Shown here piece by piece: positions 46,954 through 55,769 of a stretch of 64,000 nucleotides of DNA (position 1 is the first letter of the stretch; each line of letters starts with the position of its first letter). The DNA is from an uncultured Rickettsiales bacterium (GTDB lineage Bacteria; Pseudomonadota; Alphaproteobacteria; Rickettsiales; Deianiraeaceae). The stretch lies in contig CAMKKS010000001.1 in NCBI GenBank assembly GCA_946413485.1, positions 4,749 through 68,748 on the forward strand. The letters are read 5' to 3'. A program made the translations under genes and the position numbers. A model generated the notes under the pieces. That model had not been told where the DNA came from, did not search any database, and was given only the letters and a program-made list of their open reading frames with translations.

Positions 46954-47488
46954 AAACTTTTACCTGCTCAACATTATCATTTGTTGAATCTGTACCGATC
47001 TCTTTTTCTAAACGAACTTCGTGAGGATCTGTTTCGCCTAAACCGTTTGTTTCGTCTTTGAGTTCGGCATCGTCAGTGATGTTTGTTTCGTCTTCTTCAG
47101 GATTATATTCTTCTTTAAAAATATCATTCCATTCGGACTCAGGAATAGGGGTAACATCAGGAACTGCGTTAGGATCATCAACACCTAAAAGATTTGTCAT
47201 AGAATCTACTTCGGTATATTCTACATTATCGTTTTCTGGGTCAATTCCAATAGAATCTGAATCATCGTCAAACGCATCTGACCCTTCAGCTTCAACTAAT
47301 TTTGCTTCTCTTAAAAGATCTTTAATTTCAGCGTTTAAAGAGTTAATCTTTTCATAAATTTTTGAAAGCTTTGCGGCTTTTAAAATTTTAGGGTGGTTTT
47401 CTAAAGCTTCTTTAAGCTCTGAAGCAAATTGTTTTTGAAATTCGCTGGTTCTATTATTTAAAACCTGCTTTAAAAGTTCTTTTTCCAT
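46940..47488 (-). CDS. acidic prohead-core-like protein (gp67/68 position)
   Basis: 182 aa, strongly acidic; overlaps the protease start by 14 nt. Confidence 0.4.
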   Translation of the reverse strand: MEKELLKQVLNNRTSEFQKQFASELKEALENHPKILKAAKLSKIYEKINSLNAEIKDLLREAKLVEAEGSDAFDDDSDSIGIDPENDNVEYTEVDSMTNLLGVDDPNAVPDVTPIPESEWNDIFKEEYNPEEDETNITDDAELKDETNGLGETDPHEVRLEKEIGTDSTNDNVEQVKVFDGI

Positions 47489-47491
47489 TTT

Positions 47492-47980
47492 TTATCCTTT
47501 TGAAAATACTGCTAAATCTAATTTTGCTGCTTCTAATAAATAACTTGATTTTAAAGAAACACCATAACCCATTCGATTTCGAATATACACATGAACACAT
47601 CTGTTAAATTCGGGAGCGCTTAAAAACGGTTTTAACTGTGTGTACGTAAAAGTTAACGGTGTTTTTAATTTTTCATTTTGAATATTTAGTTTTAAAATAA
47701 ATTTAATTAACTCTACTCTTTTCTGTGTTCTTATCCAGTGGAAATTTAAACCCAAAACATAATTTTTTGACTGGTCCAAAACTAGAATTAACGGTTTTCT
47801 ATCCCATAAATGTTTTTTATCTTTTGGAGCATAATCAAAGAAACAAATTTTTCCAACATCTGTTTCCTTTTTGATATTATGTTTTTGCTTAATTAAATCT
47901 TTTAAAACTAATTTCAATTCGGATCTTGTAAAGGGGTTTATTTTATTTAAAAACTTATCTAAACTGTTTAGTAAACCCAT
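47492..47980 (-). CDS. hypothetical protein (head-gene cluster)
   Basis: 162-aa ORF between the tube paralogues and the core genes. Confidence 0.45.
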   Translation of the reverse strand: MGLLNSLDKFLNKINPFTRSELKLVLKDLIKQKHNIKKETDVGKICFFDYAPKDKKHLWDRKPLILVLDQSKNYVLGLNFHWIRTQKRVELIKFILKLNIQNEKLKTPLTFTYTQLKPFLSAPEFNRCVHVYIRNRMGYGVSLKSSYLLEAAKLDLAVFSKG

Positions 47981-47998
47981 TTTATATCCTTATTTATC

Positions 47999-48595
47999 TT
48001 AATTATTTAAAGAAACAGTATTTAATGTTGCGCCGTTAAATTTACCTGGCTGGTCATTATCTTCGTCGTCGCCAACTACCCAATCAGTGTAGGTAAATGT
48101 TACGGAATAATCTTCTAACGCGTTTGTTCCTGACTGTTCCATAGAAAGTTCAGAAACATCTGACGGCCAAACATTGTGAAGTTCATAAGTAACTGTCTCA
48201 TTTTCAGCGGAGTCAAGCTGTGCTATTCTCATTGTTACTTGAAGAGCTGACGGATTGCCGGTATGTGTTCCGGTTTGAGCATGGTCAATAGCTTTCTGCC
48301 AAGCCAAAAACGCTCTTCTTAAATTATGCTCTTCAGTGTTGTAGAATGAGCAAGACCAGGTTCCACCAAATTCTGTATCGCCAGGCAAAATATATTTTCG
48401 TCCCTGGTTCCAAACTTCAATTGAGCCAACCGCTCTACCAGGAATTGCAGAAGCATGACACAAAATAGCAGCATCATTTTCTAACCCTGTTGAAGACACA
48501 TCTAAACCTTGAGGAAATGAAAAATATACCATGAATTTATTCGATCTTGCGCCAGCGCCAATCTTTGCTTTAATCTCGGAAATTCGATTTGTCAT
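47999..48595 (-). CDS. tail tube protein (T4 gp19-like), paralogue 1
   Basis: ARSNKFMVYFSFP..ILCHASAIPGRAVGSIEV..GRKYILPGD..GTWSCSFYNTEEHNLRRAFLAWQ..HNVWPSDVSELSMEQ..EDYSVTFTYTDW parallels T4 gp19 ARPNLFQVEISY..FQCKATALPAG..NRKINVAGD..DDWTVTVMNDEAHDARQKFVDWQ..KGLWPTNVGELQLDW..QTFEVTLALDYW. Confidence 0.8.
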   Translation of the reverse strand: MTNRISEIKAKIGAGARSNKFMVYFSFPQGLDVSSTGLENDAAILCHASAIPGRAVGSIEVWNQGRKYILPGDTEFGGTWSCSFYNTEEHNLRRAFLAWQKAIDHAQTGTHTGNPSALQVTMRIAQLDSAENETVTYELHNVWPSDVSELSMEQSGTNALEDYSVTFTYTDWVVGDDEDNDQPGKFNGATLNTVSLNN

Positions 48596-48615
48596 TTTAA
48601 ATCCTTTTTTAAATG

Positions 48616-48623
48616 TATTTATA
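48616..48623 (-). promoter_or_regulatory. T4-type late promoter box TATAAATA
   Basis: 21 nt upstream of ATG 48595. Confidence 0.5.
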
Positions 48624-48676
48624 CTTTTTTAAAAATATTTTTATATATTCTTTATAATAGAAAATCTAAAATTTTT

Positions 48677-49213
48677 TTAATCTATTAATTCAGATTGAGG
48701 AATAATTGAACATTTTGAATATGAAAATGTTATTGTTAATTTAACAGCATCCGCTTTTTCGTCGGAAAAATCAACACCTGAAATGTTTGAAACAAACGCG
48801 TTTGACAAAAGATATCCAAAAACAGGAAAACCTTCAGGGCTTAACTGAATAACTTTCATATCTGTTTGATAATTCGTCCAGATTGTCTGTCTTTCCTGTG
48901 AGTCGGTTCCTGTCAGCCAGTTTTCAAATAATCTTCGGATATTTGAATTATAATCATCAACAAAAGTACATGACCATGTTTCGTCAAACTCTTCTAAAGA
49001 TCTTAAAACAACTTTTCTACCCCTGAAGAAAACAGAATTAGTTGAGATTTTTCTAACAGGAAAAGAAGTACTTTGACATAAAATATTTAAAATTGTGTTT
49101 GAAGAGCCGTTTATTTGAGATTTGTCTTCTGTCGGAACATTTAAAATAATTCTGTAATTATTGGTTTTTAAGCCACCTTGAAGAGCGTCTTTAATTTCAG
49201 TATATTTATTCAT
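48677..49213 (-). CDS. tail-tube-fold protein, paralogue 2
   Basis: Aligns with paralogue 1: ..ILCQSTSFPVRKIST..FRGRKVVL..ETWSCTFVDDYNSNIRRLFENW.. Confidence 0.65.
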   Translation of the reverse strand: MNKYTEIKDALQGGLKTNNYRIILNVPTEDKSQINGSSNTILNILCQSTSFPVRKISTNSVFFRGRKVVLRSLEEFDETWSCTFVDDYNSNIRRLFENWLTGTDSQERQTIWTNYQTDMKVIQLSPEGFPVFGYLLSNAFVSNISGVDFSDEKADAVKLTITFSYSKCSIIPQSELID

Positions 49214-49803
49214 GATATTTCGAAATATGTATAATTAAAAGTCACTTGAAATGTTTCTATTGAATCAGACTCGGATGTCGCTTCGACCTGAGCAATATTG
49301 GTAGGGAAAACACCGTACAAAGTGTAAGTGACATCAGGGTCAACTGGATTAGCACCAATCTGAGCTTCAAAAGGAAACTGAAATATTTTTACATCGTCTA
49401 AAATAAAATTTTCAGGGATTAAATCTTCTACTAAATTAGAATTATTTTGAAGATTTAAAAAATCTGCGCCTTTCTTTGAAGCATTTACAGCATTTGACCA
49501 ATTTTCAAACAGTTTTCTTAAACCGTGTGTTTCGTCAGAATAAAATTCACAGGTCCAGTCACCGGAAAAATTAGACTGCATCGGAATTCGAATTGTCTGA
49601 CCTCTGAAAACAATATCTTGAGTAGAGACGGTTTTTCCAGGAAAAGAAGAAGATTTACAAAGAATAGACAACGCGGTTGTATAATCTTTATCTTTTAAAT
49701 TTGAAAATTTTTTTAAAAATCCAGGGAGTTCCATAGTAAGGTCGAATTTTGAAGACCTTGCGCCATCTCCCAAATAAGCTTGAACTAATGCTTGATAATT
49801 CAT
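49210..49803 (-). CDS. tail-tube-fold protein, paralogue 3
   Basis: GARSSKFDLTMELP..ILCKSSSFPGKTVST..FRGQTIRIP..GDWTCEFYSDETHGLRKLFENW.. Confidence 0.65.
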   Translation of the reverse strand: MNYQALVQAYLGDGARSSKFDLTMELPGFLKKFSNLKDKDYTTALSILCKSSSFPGKTVSTQDIVFRGQTIRIPMQSNFSGDWTCEFYSDETHGLRKLFENWSNAVNASKKGADFLNLQNNSNLVEDLIPENFILDDVKIFQFPFEAQIGANPVDPDVTYTLYGVFPTNIAQVEATSESDSIETFQVTFNYTYFEIS

Positions 49804-49823
49804 TTAAAATCCTATTTTTATCT

Positions 49824-49835
49824 TATTTATAAATA
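49824..49835. promoter_or_regulatory. divergent palindromic late promoter pair
   Basis: TATTTATAAATA: minus-strand TATAAATA 21 nt before ATG 49803, plus-strand TATAAATA 24 nt before ATG 49859. Confidence 0.55.
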
Positions 49836-49858
49836 AATAAAAAATTTGAGTATTAAAA

Positions 49859-50443
49859 ATGAGTATTGAAACTTTACAAGACGCTTATAATAAAATTAAA
49901 ACCACCAAATGGTCATTTGTTAATAATTTTAGAGCAATGATTTCATTTGATAACGGGAACATTTGTTCTGAACTCGGTTTAGACAAAGACGAGAAGGTAA
50001 GAATTGAAAGCGGCGATGAGGAGGTTTATCTTCAAGATATAAATATTCCTGCGCTGTCTCAAACACCGATTTCAAATTTTATAAACTTTCAGAATTTTAT
50101 TACGCCATCGGCTGCTTTTGATGCTTATGAGTTAAAAGCTCATTTTTTAGACCATGACCAAATGAGAATATGGAAATTCTGGTCAGCTCTCTTTTTTGCT
50201 CAAAAGAATTCTTACCCTGATCAGTGTAAATTCACTGTTTCAATTTTTAAACTGCCGGATTATCCAGGTGAAGAAGAGCACGTTGTCGCAAAATTCTATG
50301 ACTGTGTGCTCAAAGGCGTTTCCCAGGTGGATTTTAAAAATTCAACAAAAGACACACAGGTTATTCTTGAAGTTGATATAGATATAATATCACCAAAATG
50401 TGAAATTTTTTGTAATAACCTTGATTTTTCAAATTTTCAATAA
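49859..50443 (+). CDS. distant tail-tube-fold protein (gp19/gp54/gp48-like), paralogue 4
   Basis: ..LQDINIPALS..YELKAHFLDHDQMRIWKFW..VLKGVSQVDFKN..VILEVDIDI follows the block order of paralogues 1-3; weak. Confidence 0.4.
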   Translation: MSIETLQDAYNKIKTTKWSFVNNFRAMISFDNGNICSELGLDKDEKVRIESGDEEVYLQDINIPALSQTPISNFINFQNFITPSAAFDAYELKAHFLDHDQMRIWKFWSALFFAQKNSYPDQCKFTVSIFKLPDYPGEEEHVVAKFYDCVLKGVSQVDFKNSTKDTQVILEVDIDIISPKCEIFCNNLDFSNFQ

Positions 50444-50456
50444 AGGATTTTAAAAA

Positions 50457-51341
50457 ATGATTGTAGAAGAATTAGATAAAGATATTGAAGTTGTCGATTT
50501 AGAAAAGGATAATTTACTTGACGGCCTTCCTGAGGATTTAAAGAAAAAGCTTCAGGAAGCAGATTTGAGCAAAAAGGAAGAAAATCTTTCTGAAATTTTA
50601 GAAGATAAAATTGAAACCGTTGTTAAAGAAGAATATAAAATTGACAGAACTTTGATATCTCAATCTGAAGACGAAACAGAAGTTAGACTGCCAGATAATC
50701 GTATTGTTCATATAAGAAAGTGGAAAATTAAGGATAAAAAGAATTTTGATAATTCAAAAAACTGGCTTGAAGCTAAAACAGCGCTTGTTTATAACTGTGT
50801 TGCTGAGGATATTGCTTTAGATCAGGAGGAATTTAATTTTCTTTTATTCAAAATAAGAGAATTGTCTGTACATGATAAAATGAAATTTACTTTTATCTGT
50901 CCTGAGTGTAATTCTGAAGAAAAACTAGAGCTTGACCTTTCAAAACTTGTAACAACTAAAGGTGGCGAATACTCTGATATTGTTTCTGGTGAAAACACTT
51001 TTAAGATGGGAGCAATCACAAACAAAGATCTTTACGAAGCGTTTAATAATTCAGATGTTTCTGAATTTAATCTCTTTATAAATGATTTTATATTTCATAT
51101 TAAAGAATTAAACGGTAGAAAAATTGAATCTGATAAAGATTATGCCGAAGTTGCCGATTTTATCGCGAATTTAGACGCCGACTTTGCTAATGATATTTTT
51201 AGTCAGTGGTTAAAAATGAGATTTACTTTAGTTTTCGATAATGTTATTGAATGTAAAAAGTGCGGGGCTAAAAATGTTGAAAACTTTTCAACTTTGCCTG
51301 AATTTTTCCCTGAATCATGGCGTGTAGTTGAAAATATTTAA
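50457..51341 (+). CDS. hypothetical protein with two CxxC pairs (zinc-ribbon-like)
   Basis: 294 aa; FICPECNS .. ECKKCGAKN. Confidence 0.45.
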   Translation: MIVEELDKDIEVVDLEKDNLLDGLPEDLKKKLQEADLSKKEENLSEILEDKIETVVKEEYKIDRTLISQSEDETEVRLPDNRIVHIRKWKIKDKKNFDNSKNWLEAKTALVYNCVAEDIALDQEEFNFLLFKIRELSVHDKMKFTFICPECNSEEKLELDLSKLVTTKGGEYSDIVSGENTFKMGAITNKDLYEAFNNSDVSEFNLFINDFIFHIKELNGRKIESDKDYAEVADFIANLDADFANDIFSQWLKMRFTLVFDNVIECKKCGAKNVENFSTLPEFFPESWRVVENI

Positions 51342-51368
51342 AGATATTTTTATATAAAATCGAATAAT

Positions 51369-51678
51369 ACGTAATGAGAAAATCATAAAAACTCATTACG
51401 TATTTTTTTTATTTAAAAATAACGTAATAGACTTTTCATAAAAGGTCATTACGTTATAAAAAATTTTTTTTTGATATTCTTTATATAAAGAATTATAAAA
51501 ATACTTTTAATATCGAATTTTTAACAGTTCTGGAACTCTCTCAAAAAGTTCTAGAACTAGAAAAAACTAGAACTTAATTAAAAGCTTTTTATTTAAAATA
51601 TTTTTAAATATCTTTATATAAGGAAATTGAAAAATAAAAAAAAATACGTAACAAGCTTTTCATAAAAGCTCATTACGT
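51369..51678. repeat. composite non-coding module
   Basis: Hairpins 51369-51401, 51422-51454, 51646-51678; TTCTTTATATAAAGAA; boxes 51527-51575; TATATAAGGAAATTGAAAAATAAAAAAAAA. Confidence 0.65.
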
Positions 51679-51701
51679 ATTATTTTAATAAGATTTAAAA
51701 A

Positions 51702-53210
51702 TTACATGTATGCAGAAAGTTCTTCCCAGTCTGGGAATCCGCCGGCATCAATCATTTTTAAAGCAAGAACAGCAGATCTTACGGTCAACTGTTTGTTACG
51801 TTTTTGTGCGCTTACAACAATTTCCTTTCCTTCGATAATATCGTTAAAATCAACACCTAAAGATTGAGCATAAGATTTTAACGCATTTTCAGAAAATGCA
51901 CCTTTCTTAAGCTGAGCTTTCAGAATATCAAAAATTCTGTTATAAACCTGTCTTTCTGTCAGCCAAACATCAACGAATGCGGATCTTGAAATAATGGCTT
52001 GGTCAATCTTTGAAGCCGGTTTATTTGTGATAAAAATCATAGAACCTTCAAAGAAGAACTTGTTAGGACACCAAACTTGCTCTTCATTCTTAGGTGGAAC
52101 TCGAGAGAACCAGGTTACGCCACCAGCTTTAAACTGAGCATCACACTGAGCTGAGTATTCTTTAATTTCATTATCTGACATTTCACGAGTAGGCATGAAA
52201 CCGTTCAGATATTCCATTGTGTTCTTGCCGGTTGTATCAAGAATAGGTTTTAACATAACAACGATATCGTCATTTGATAAAATATCATCAGCTTCATCAA
52301 AAACATTAACAGCTTCACGGCCTCTGAAGCATTCAACATAGAATGACTGAGGTGAAACTTTCATACCTGCATGGTAGTCATATTTAATTCCGCTTTTCTT
52401 TACTTCCTCTTCCATAACCTTCGTTACATGATAGGTTTTTCCAACACCACCCATACCGCAGCAGATAAAGGATTTTGTAATTCCTTTACAAACAGCATAG
52501 GTTAATCTTTCAATTACATTAAAAATTCTTTTAGGGTCACAGGTTGGGTGGTTTTCAAATTCTTTTTCAGCCTGCTTTAAAGTCTGCTCTGTTTCATTTT
52601 CTTCAGGACGACCGTTTTCAACTTCAACAAGGAACTTGTTCCAATCTTCTTCAGCATTGTTCATTTTAACATACTGCTCAAAAGCTTCTTTTGAAACTCT
52701 TGATTTTGTCGGCCAACCTTTAGCTCTGGTGAATTCATGACGCTGTTTTAAATTACCAACATTAAAAGGCGCTTCGTCAAGCTCTTCAACAGATTCTTTA
52801 ATTCCTAAAAGATCGTTAATTGTATACTTTCCTGATTTTCCAGCTCTGATGAGATTTGAAAGGGTTTTCCAAATTTTTACAACATTTATTGACTCTTCAA
52901 AATAGCAAGAAGTAGTAGGGCATGTGAAATTAGTGTTACCTGGAGCCCAGTAATCGATTGAACTTAAAGTAACGAAATCTTTAGGAGCATCAGCAAAATT
53001 GCTCATTCTGTTTGAAAAATTCAAACGCATCATAGCACCTGATGAGTTCAGCATTCTCACACCTGAACCTGTTTCTTTAGCTTTCTTAAACCACTCAACA
53101 CAAAGTGGTCTGAAAGTTCCGCCAAATTCCTTTCCAAAAAGAGAGCCATAAGCTTTAGCAACTTTTAAAGCATCTTTTGGATTAAAATTTGCTTCAAATA
53201 ATTTTTCCAT
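51702..53210 (-). CDS. AAA+ / P-loop ATPase with unknown 230-aa N-terminal domain
   Basis: Walker A CCGMGGVGKTYHV, Walker B VNVFDEADD, FITNKP sensor-like, AIISRSAF. Confidence 0.6.
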   Translation of the reverse strand: MEKLFEANFNPKDALKVAKAYGSLFGKEFGGTFRPLCVEWFKKAKETGSGVRMLNSSGAMMRLNFSNRMSNFADAPKDFVTLSSIDYWAPGNTNFTCPTTSCYFEESINVVKIWKTLSNLIRAGKSGKYTINDLLGIKESVEELDEAPFNVGNLKQRHEFTRAKGWPTKSRVSKEAFEQYVKMNNAEEDWNKFLVEVENGRPEENETEQTLKQAEKEFENHPTCDPKRIFNVIERLTYAVCKGITKSFICCGMGGVGKTYHVTKVMEEEVKKSGIKYDYHAGMKVSPQSFYVECFRGREAVNVFDEADDILSNDDIVVMLKPILDTTGKNTMEYLNGFMPTREMSDNEIKEYSAQCDAQFKAGGVTWFSRVPPKNEEQVWCPNKFFFEGSMIFITNKPASKIDQAIISRSAFVDVWLTERQVYNRIFDILKAQLKKGAFSENALKSYAQSLGVDFNDIIEGKEIVVSAQKRNKQLTVRSAVLALKMIDAGGFPDWEELSAYM

Positions 53211-53242
53211 TTAAAATAATCTCCAATAACAAGTATTTTATT

Positions 53243-53250
53243 TATTTATA
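53243..53250 (-). promoter_or_regulatory. T4-type late promoter box TATAAATA
   Basis: 33 nt upstream of ATG 53210. Confidence 0.45.
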
Positions 53251-53280
53251 AAATCATAAATATTTATAAAAGAGGTTTAT

Positions 53281-53676
53281 ATGAATTTTAAAGATTTTTT
53301 CAACTTAAACGAGAGTTATGACAATAAGATAATGAAGAACTCAGAGGCTTATAAAAATATTTTAAAAATTTTTAGCAAACACAAAATTAAAGTTAAAAAT
53401 TTAATGACGATTGCTCTTAAGAGCCAAAATTATATTTCCGTCGTTCCTGATTTGGATTTAGACAATTTTTCATTTGAATGTAGAATAAATAAAATCTCTT
53501 CTTTAAAGAAAGAAGATTTTTTCAATCTTTCTGTTGATTTTGGAAAGGTTTTTTCAGTTGAGTCAGCTTTGATTTTATCTGAAAAATTAAAATCTGTAGC
53601 TCTTTGCCTTAAAGAGCTTAACGATTATTTAAAAAATGTTGATATTTTAGAATTTTACGATCCCGACGATCTATAA
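53281..53676 (+). CDS. hypothetical protein with CTS-like N-terminus
   Basis: 131 aa; MNFKDFFNLNE/SYD. Confidence 0.55.
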   Translation: MNFKDFFNLNESYDNKIMKNSEAYKNILKIFSKHKIKVKNLMTIALKSQNYISVVPDLDLDNFSFECRINKISSLKKEDFFNLSVDFGKVFSVESALILSEKLKSVALCLKELNDYLKNVDILEFYDPDDL

Positions 53677-53871
53677 AACTTCTTCATCCTCGTCTCTAAA
53701 TCTTGGTATTAACGCAATAGATTTAATCTCAAGATTTTCAAAATCAATTTCAGGTTCTTGATAAAAATCATAAGAATTTATCTTTGGTTCTAAAAAAGAA
53801 TCTTTAAGAAAAAATTCTTTTAATCCTAGTTTTTCATATAAAGAATCTTCTAAATTTTCTTCATATTTCAT
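53671..53871 (-). CDS. hypothetical small acidic protein
   Basis: 66-aa ORF. Confidence 0.45.
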   Translation of the reverse strand: MKYEENLEDSLYEKLGLKEFFLKDSFLEPKINSYDFYQEPEIDFENLEIKSIALIPRFRDEDEEVL

Positions 53872-53910
53872 AATCCCTCCAAAATCACTCTTTATAAAAG
53901 AGATTTATGA

Positions 53911-54126
53911 TTATTCCTCAATTTTATAAAAAATAAATTCAGCACAAGTTTTTCCTTTAAAACCATTATCAACCCACTTTGAACATTTAGCAACGTATTC
54001 AGCTTTTCCTAAAGGAATTTGTGGAACTGTGTTTTCTACAGGATTTGAAGATCCCATAATAATAAAACCAAACCATGCTATTGTTAAAGTAAATAAAACA
54101 GCAATCATTATTATAAATTCTTTCAT
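53911..54126 (-). CDS. small single-pass membrane protein
   Basis: MKEFIIMIAVLFTLTIAWFGFIIMG then a Cys-containing soluble tail. Confidence 0.5.
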   Translation of the reverse strand: MKEFIIMIAVLFTLTIAWFGFIIMGSSNPVENTVPQIPLGKAEYVAKCSKWVDNGFKGKTCAEFIFYKIEE

Positions 54127-54127
54127 T

Positions 54128-54325
54128 TCAATTACCTTCTAAAATATTTTTAACTAACTTTGAAACATAATCTTTATAAGAACCTTCAAACTCTTTAAAA
54201 TCACAACTCTCAGAAGATTGATAAAGAACATTGTAACCTGTTAATGTTTTTGTGATTATCATTTTCTTATCTTTGAGATTTATCTCAGTTCGTCCAAGGT
54301 CAAGATTTATTTCGACTTTCTTCAT
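54128..54325 (-). CDS. hypothetical small protein
   Basis: Start moved to MKKVEINL (AAAGGAT SD); track start 54358 lies inside the -10 box of its own promoter. Confidence 0.5.
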   Translation of the reverse strand: MKKVEINLDLGRTEINLKDKKMIITKTLTGYNVLYQSSESCDFKEFEGSYKDYVSKLVKNILEGN

Positions 54326-54346
54326 TTCAAAATCCTTTTTGTTGTT

Positions 54347-54375
54347 ATTATAACACATTTTAAATCATTTGTAAA
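54347..54375 (-). promoter_or_regulatory. sigma70-type promoter TTTACA-N17-TATAAT
   Basis: TTTACA 54375-54370, TATAAT 54352-54347. Confidence 0.55.
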
Positions 54376-54387
54376 CGATTTTTTAAC

Positions 54388-54521
54388 GCTCATATCTCTC
54401 ATTAAACGCTTGTTTTTCGCTTTCCATAGCTATTCTAATAGGAACGTATAGCTATAGCTTAAAATATGTGAAATAGAGCGTTTAACACGAGATATGAGCA
54501 AAATAGAAGCATCTGTGAGAG
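54388..54521. repeat. about 130-bp inverted-repeat element, copy 2
   Basis: GCTCATATCTCTCATTAAACGCTTGTTT .. AAATAGAGCGTTTAACACGAGATATGAGC + CAAAATAGAAGCATCTGTGAGAG; reverse-complement counterpart of 9083-9210. Confidence 0.6.
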
Positions 54522-54777
54522 TTCTAGTTCTAGTTTGGGTTCTGGTTTTTCTAGTTCTAGAACTCGGTTTAAAAGTTCTAGTTTTTCTGGTAAAGTTCTG
54601 GTTTTGAAAAAAAAATTCGATATTAAAAGTTTTTATATATTCTTTATATAAAGAACTTTGAATTTTTGTTTTTGAACTGATTTTAAGATAGTTCTAGCTT
54701 TTCTGGTAAAAGTTCTAGTTTTTAAGAGTTCTAGAACTGAATTCGAGAGTTCTAGTTTTAGAGAGTTCTAGAACTGT
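54519..54777. repeat. largest GTTCTAG box field (about 12 boxes in two blocks)
   Basis: Blocks 54519-54606 and 54690-54777 separated by AAAAATTCGATATTAAAAG..TTCTTTATATAAAGAA; boxes read (A/G)AGTTCTAG(A/T)(A/T)(C/T)T, several as the palindrome AGTTCTAGAACT. Confidence 0.7.
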
Positions 54778-54865
54778 TAAAAATTTGATATTAAAGTTTT
54801 TATTTAAAATATTTTTATAATATTATTATATAAGGAAATTGAAAAAAATTTTTTAAGAGAAAATA

Positions 54866-54894
54866 AAAAAGGTACTTTTAAAAGTACCTTTTAT
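54866..54894 (-). terminator. rho-independent terminator after flagellin gene
   Basis: AAAAGGTAC-TTTTAAAA-GTACCTTTTTT on the minus strand. Confidence 0.7.
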
Positions 54895-54912
54895 CAGTTT
54901 GATTGATTTAAA

Positions 54913-55728
54913 TTAGCCTAAAAGGCTCAAAGCGATTGAATTTTTCTGATTAGCTTGAGCTAAAATTGATGTGCTCATTTGCTGTAAAATCTGTTGAGCT
55001 GTGTAGTTTGCCGTTTCCTCGGCATAATCTACATCTCTAATTCTGGATCTCGCATCTGTGATGTTTGAAATTACATTTTCTTGATTTTCGATTGTTGATT
55101 CTAAACGATTTTGAACAGCACCTAAAGATCCTCGATAAGAGTCGACGTTTGCTATCATTTCGTCAAGCCTTGTAATTGCACCTTGAGAAGCATCAGCTGA
55201 AGTTAAATCCAAAGCTGTTGAAAAATCTGCGATTGATGACATACTTTTCAATCCAAAGTCGATTGTTTGATTAGCGTCAGCACCAACCTGGAATTTGACG
55301 GTTTTATCTTCAGTGAAAAGTTTTTGACCGCCGAATGATGTATCGGTCCCTATTCGAGTAATTTCAGAAGAAAGAGCGTTTATCTCTTCTTGTATAGCCG
55401 TTCTTTGAGAAGTTGAATTTGTTCCGTTTGAAGATTGTAAAGCTAAAACACGCATTCGTTGAAGCATCTCAGTAACTTGATCAAGAGCTCCTTCAGTAGC
55501 TTGTGTCATAGATATTGCATCATTCGCGTTTCTGTTTCCTTGTTTCAAACCGTCAATCTGTGAGGTCATTTTATTTGAAATTTGAAGGCCTGCTGCATCA
55601 TCTTTAGCCGAGTTAATTCTAAAGCCTGAAGACAATTTGTCATAAGATTTGTTCAGAGACTTTGTAGATTTGTTTAATCTGATTTGAGCAGTTAAAGAGG
55701 AAACATTTGTGTTAACATATAAAGCCAT
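54913..55728 (-). CDS. flagellin (short D0-D1 type, 271 aa)
   Basis: N-terminal NTNVSSLTAQ..LSSGFRINSAKDDAAGLQISNKM..GLKQGNRNANDAISMTQATEGAL..MLQRMRVLALQS and C-terminal LGAVQNRLESTIENQ..ARSRIRDVDYAEETANYTAQQILQQ..SILAQANQ..LSLLG are the canonical flagellin termini; AGGAG SD. Confidence 0.9.
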   Translation of the reverse strand: MALYVNTNVSSLTAQIRLNKSTKSLNKSYDKLSSGFRINSAKDDAAGLQISNKMTSQIDGLKQGNRNANDAISMTQATEGALDQVTEMLQRMRVLALQSSNGTNSTSQRTAIQEEINALSSEITRIGTDTSFGGQKLFTEDKTVKFQVGADANQTIDFGLKSMSSIADFSTALDLTSADASQGAITRLDEMIANVDSYRGSLGAVQNRLESTIENQENVISNITDARSRIRDVDYAEETANYTAQQILQQMSTSILAQANQKNSIALSLLG

Positions 55729-55769
55729 TTTGATTCTCCTATCAAGTTATTTTAGAAGTTCTATTTTTA

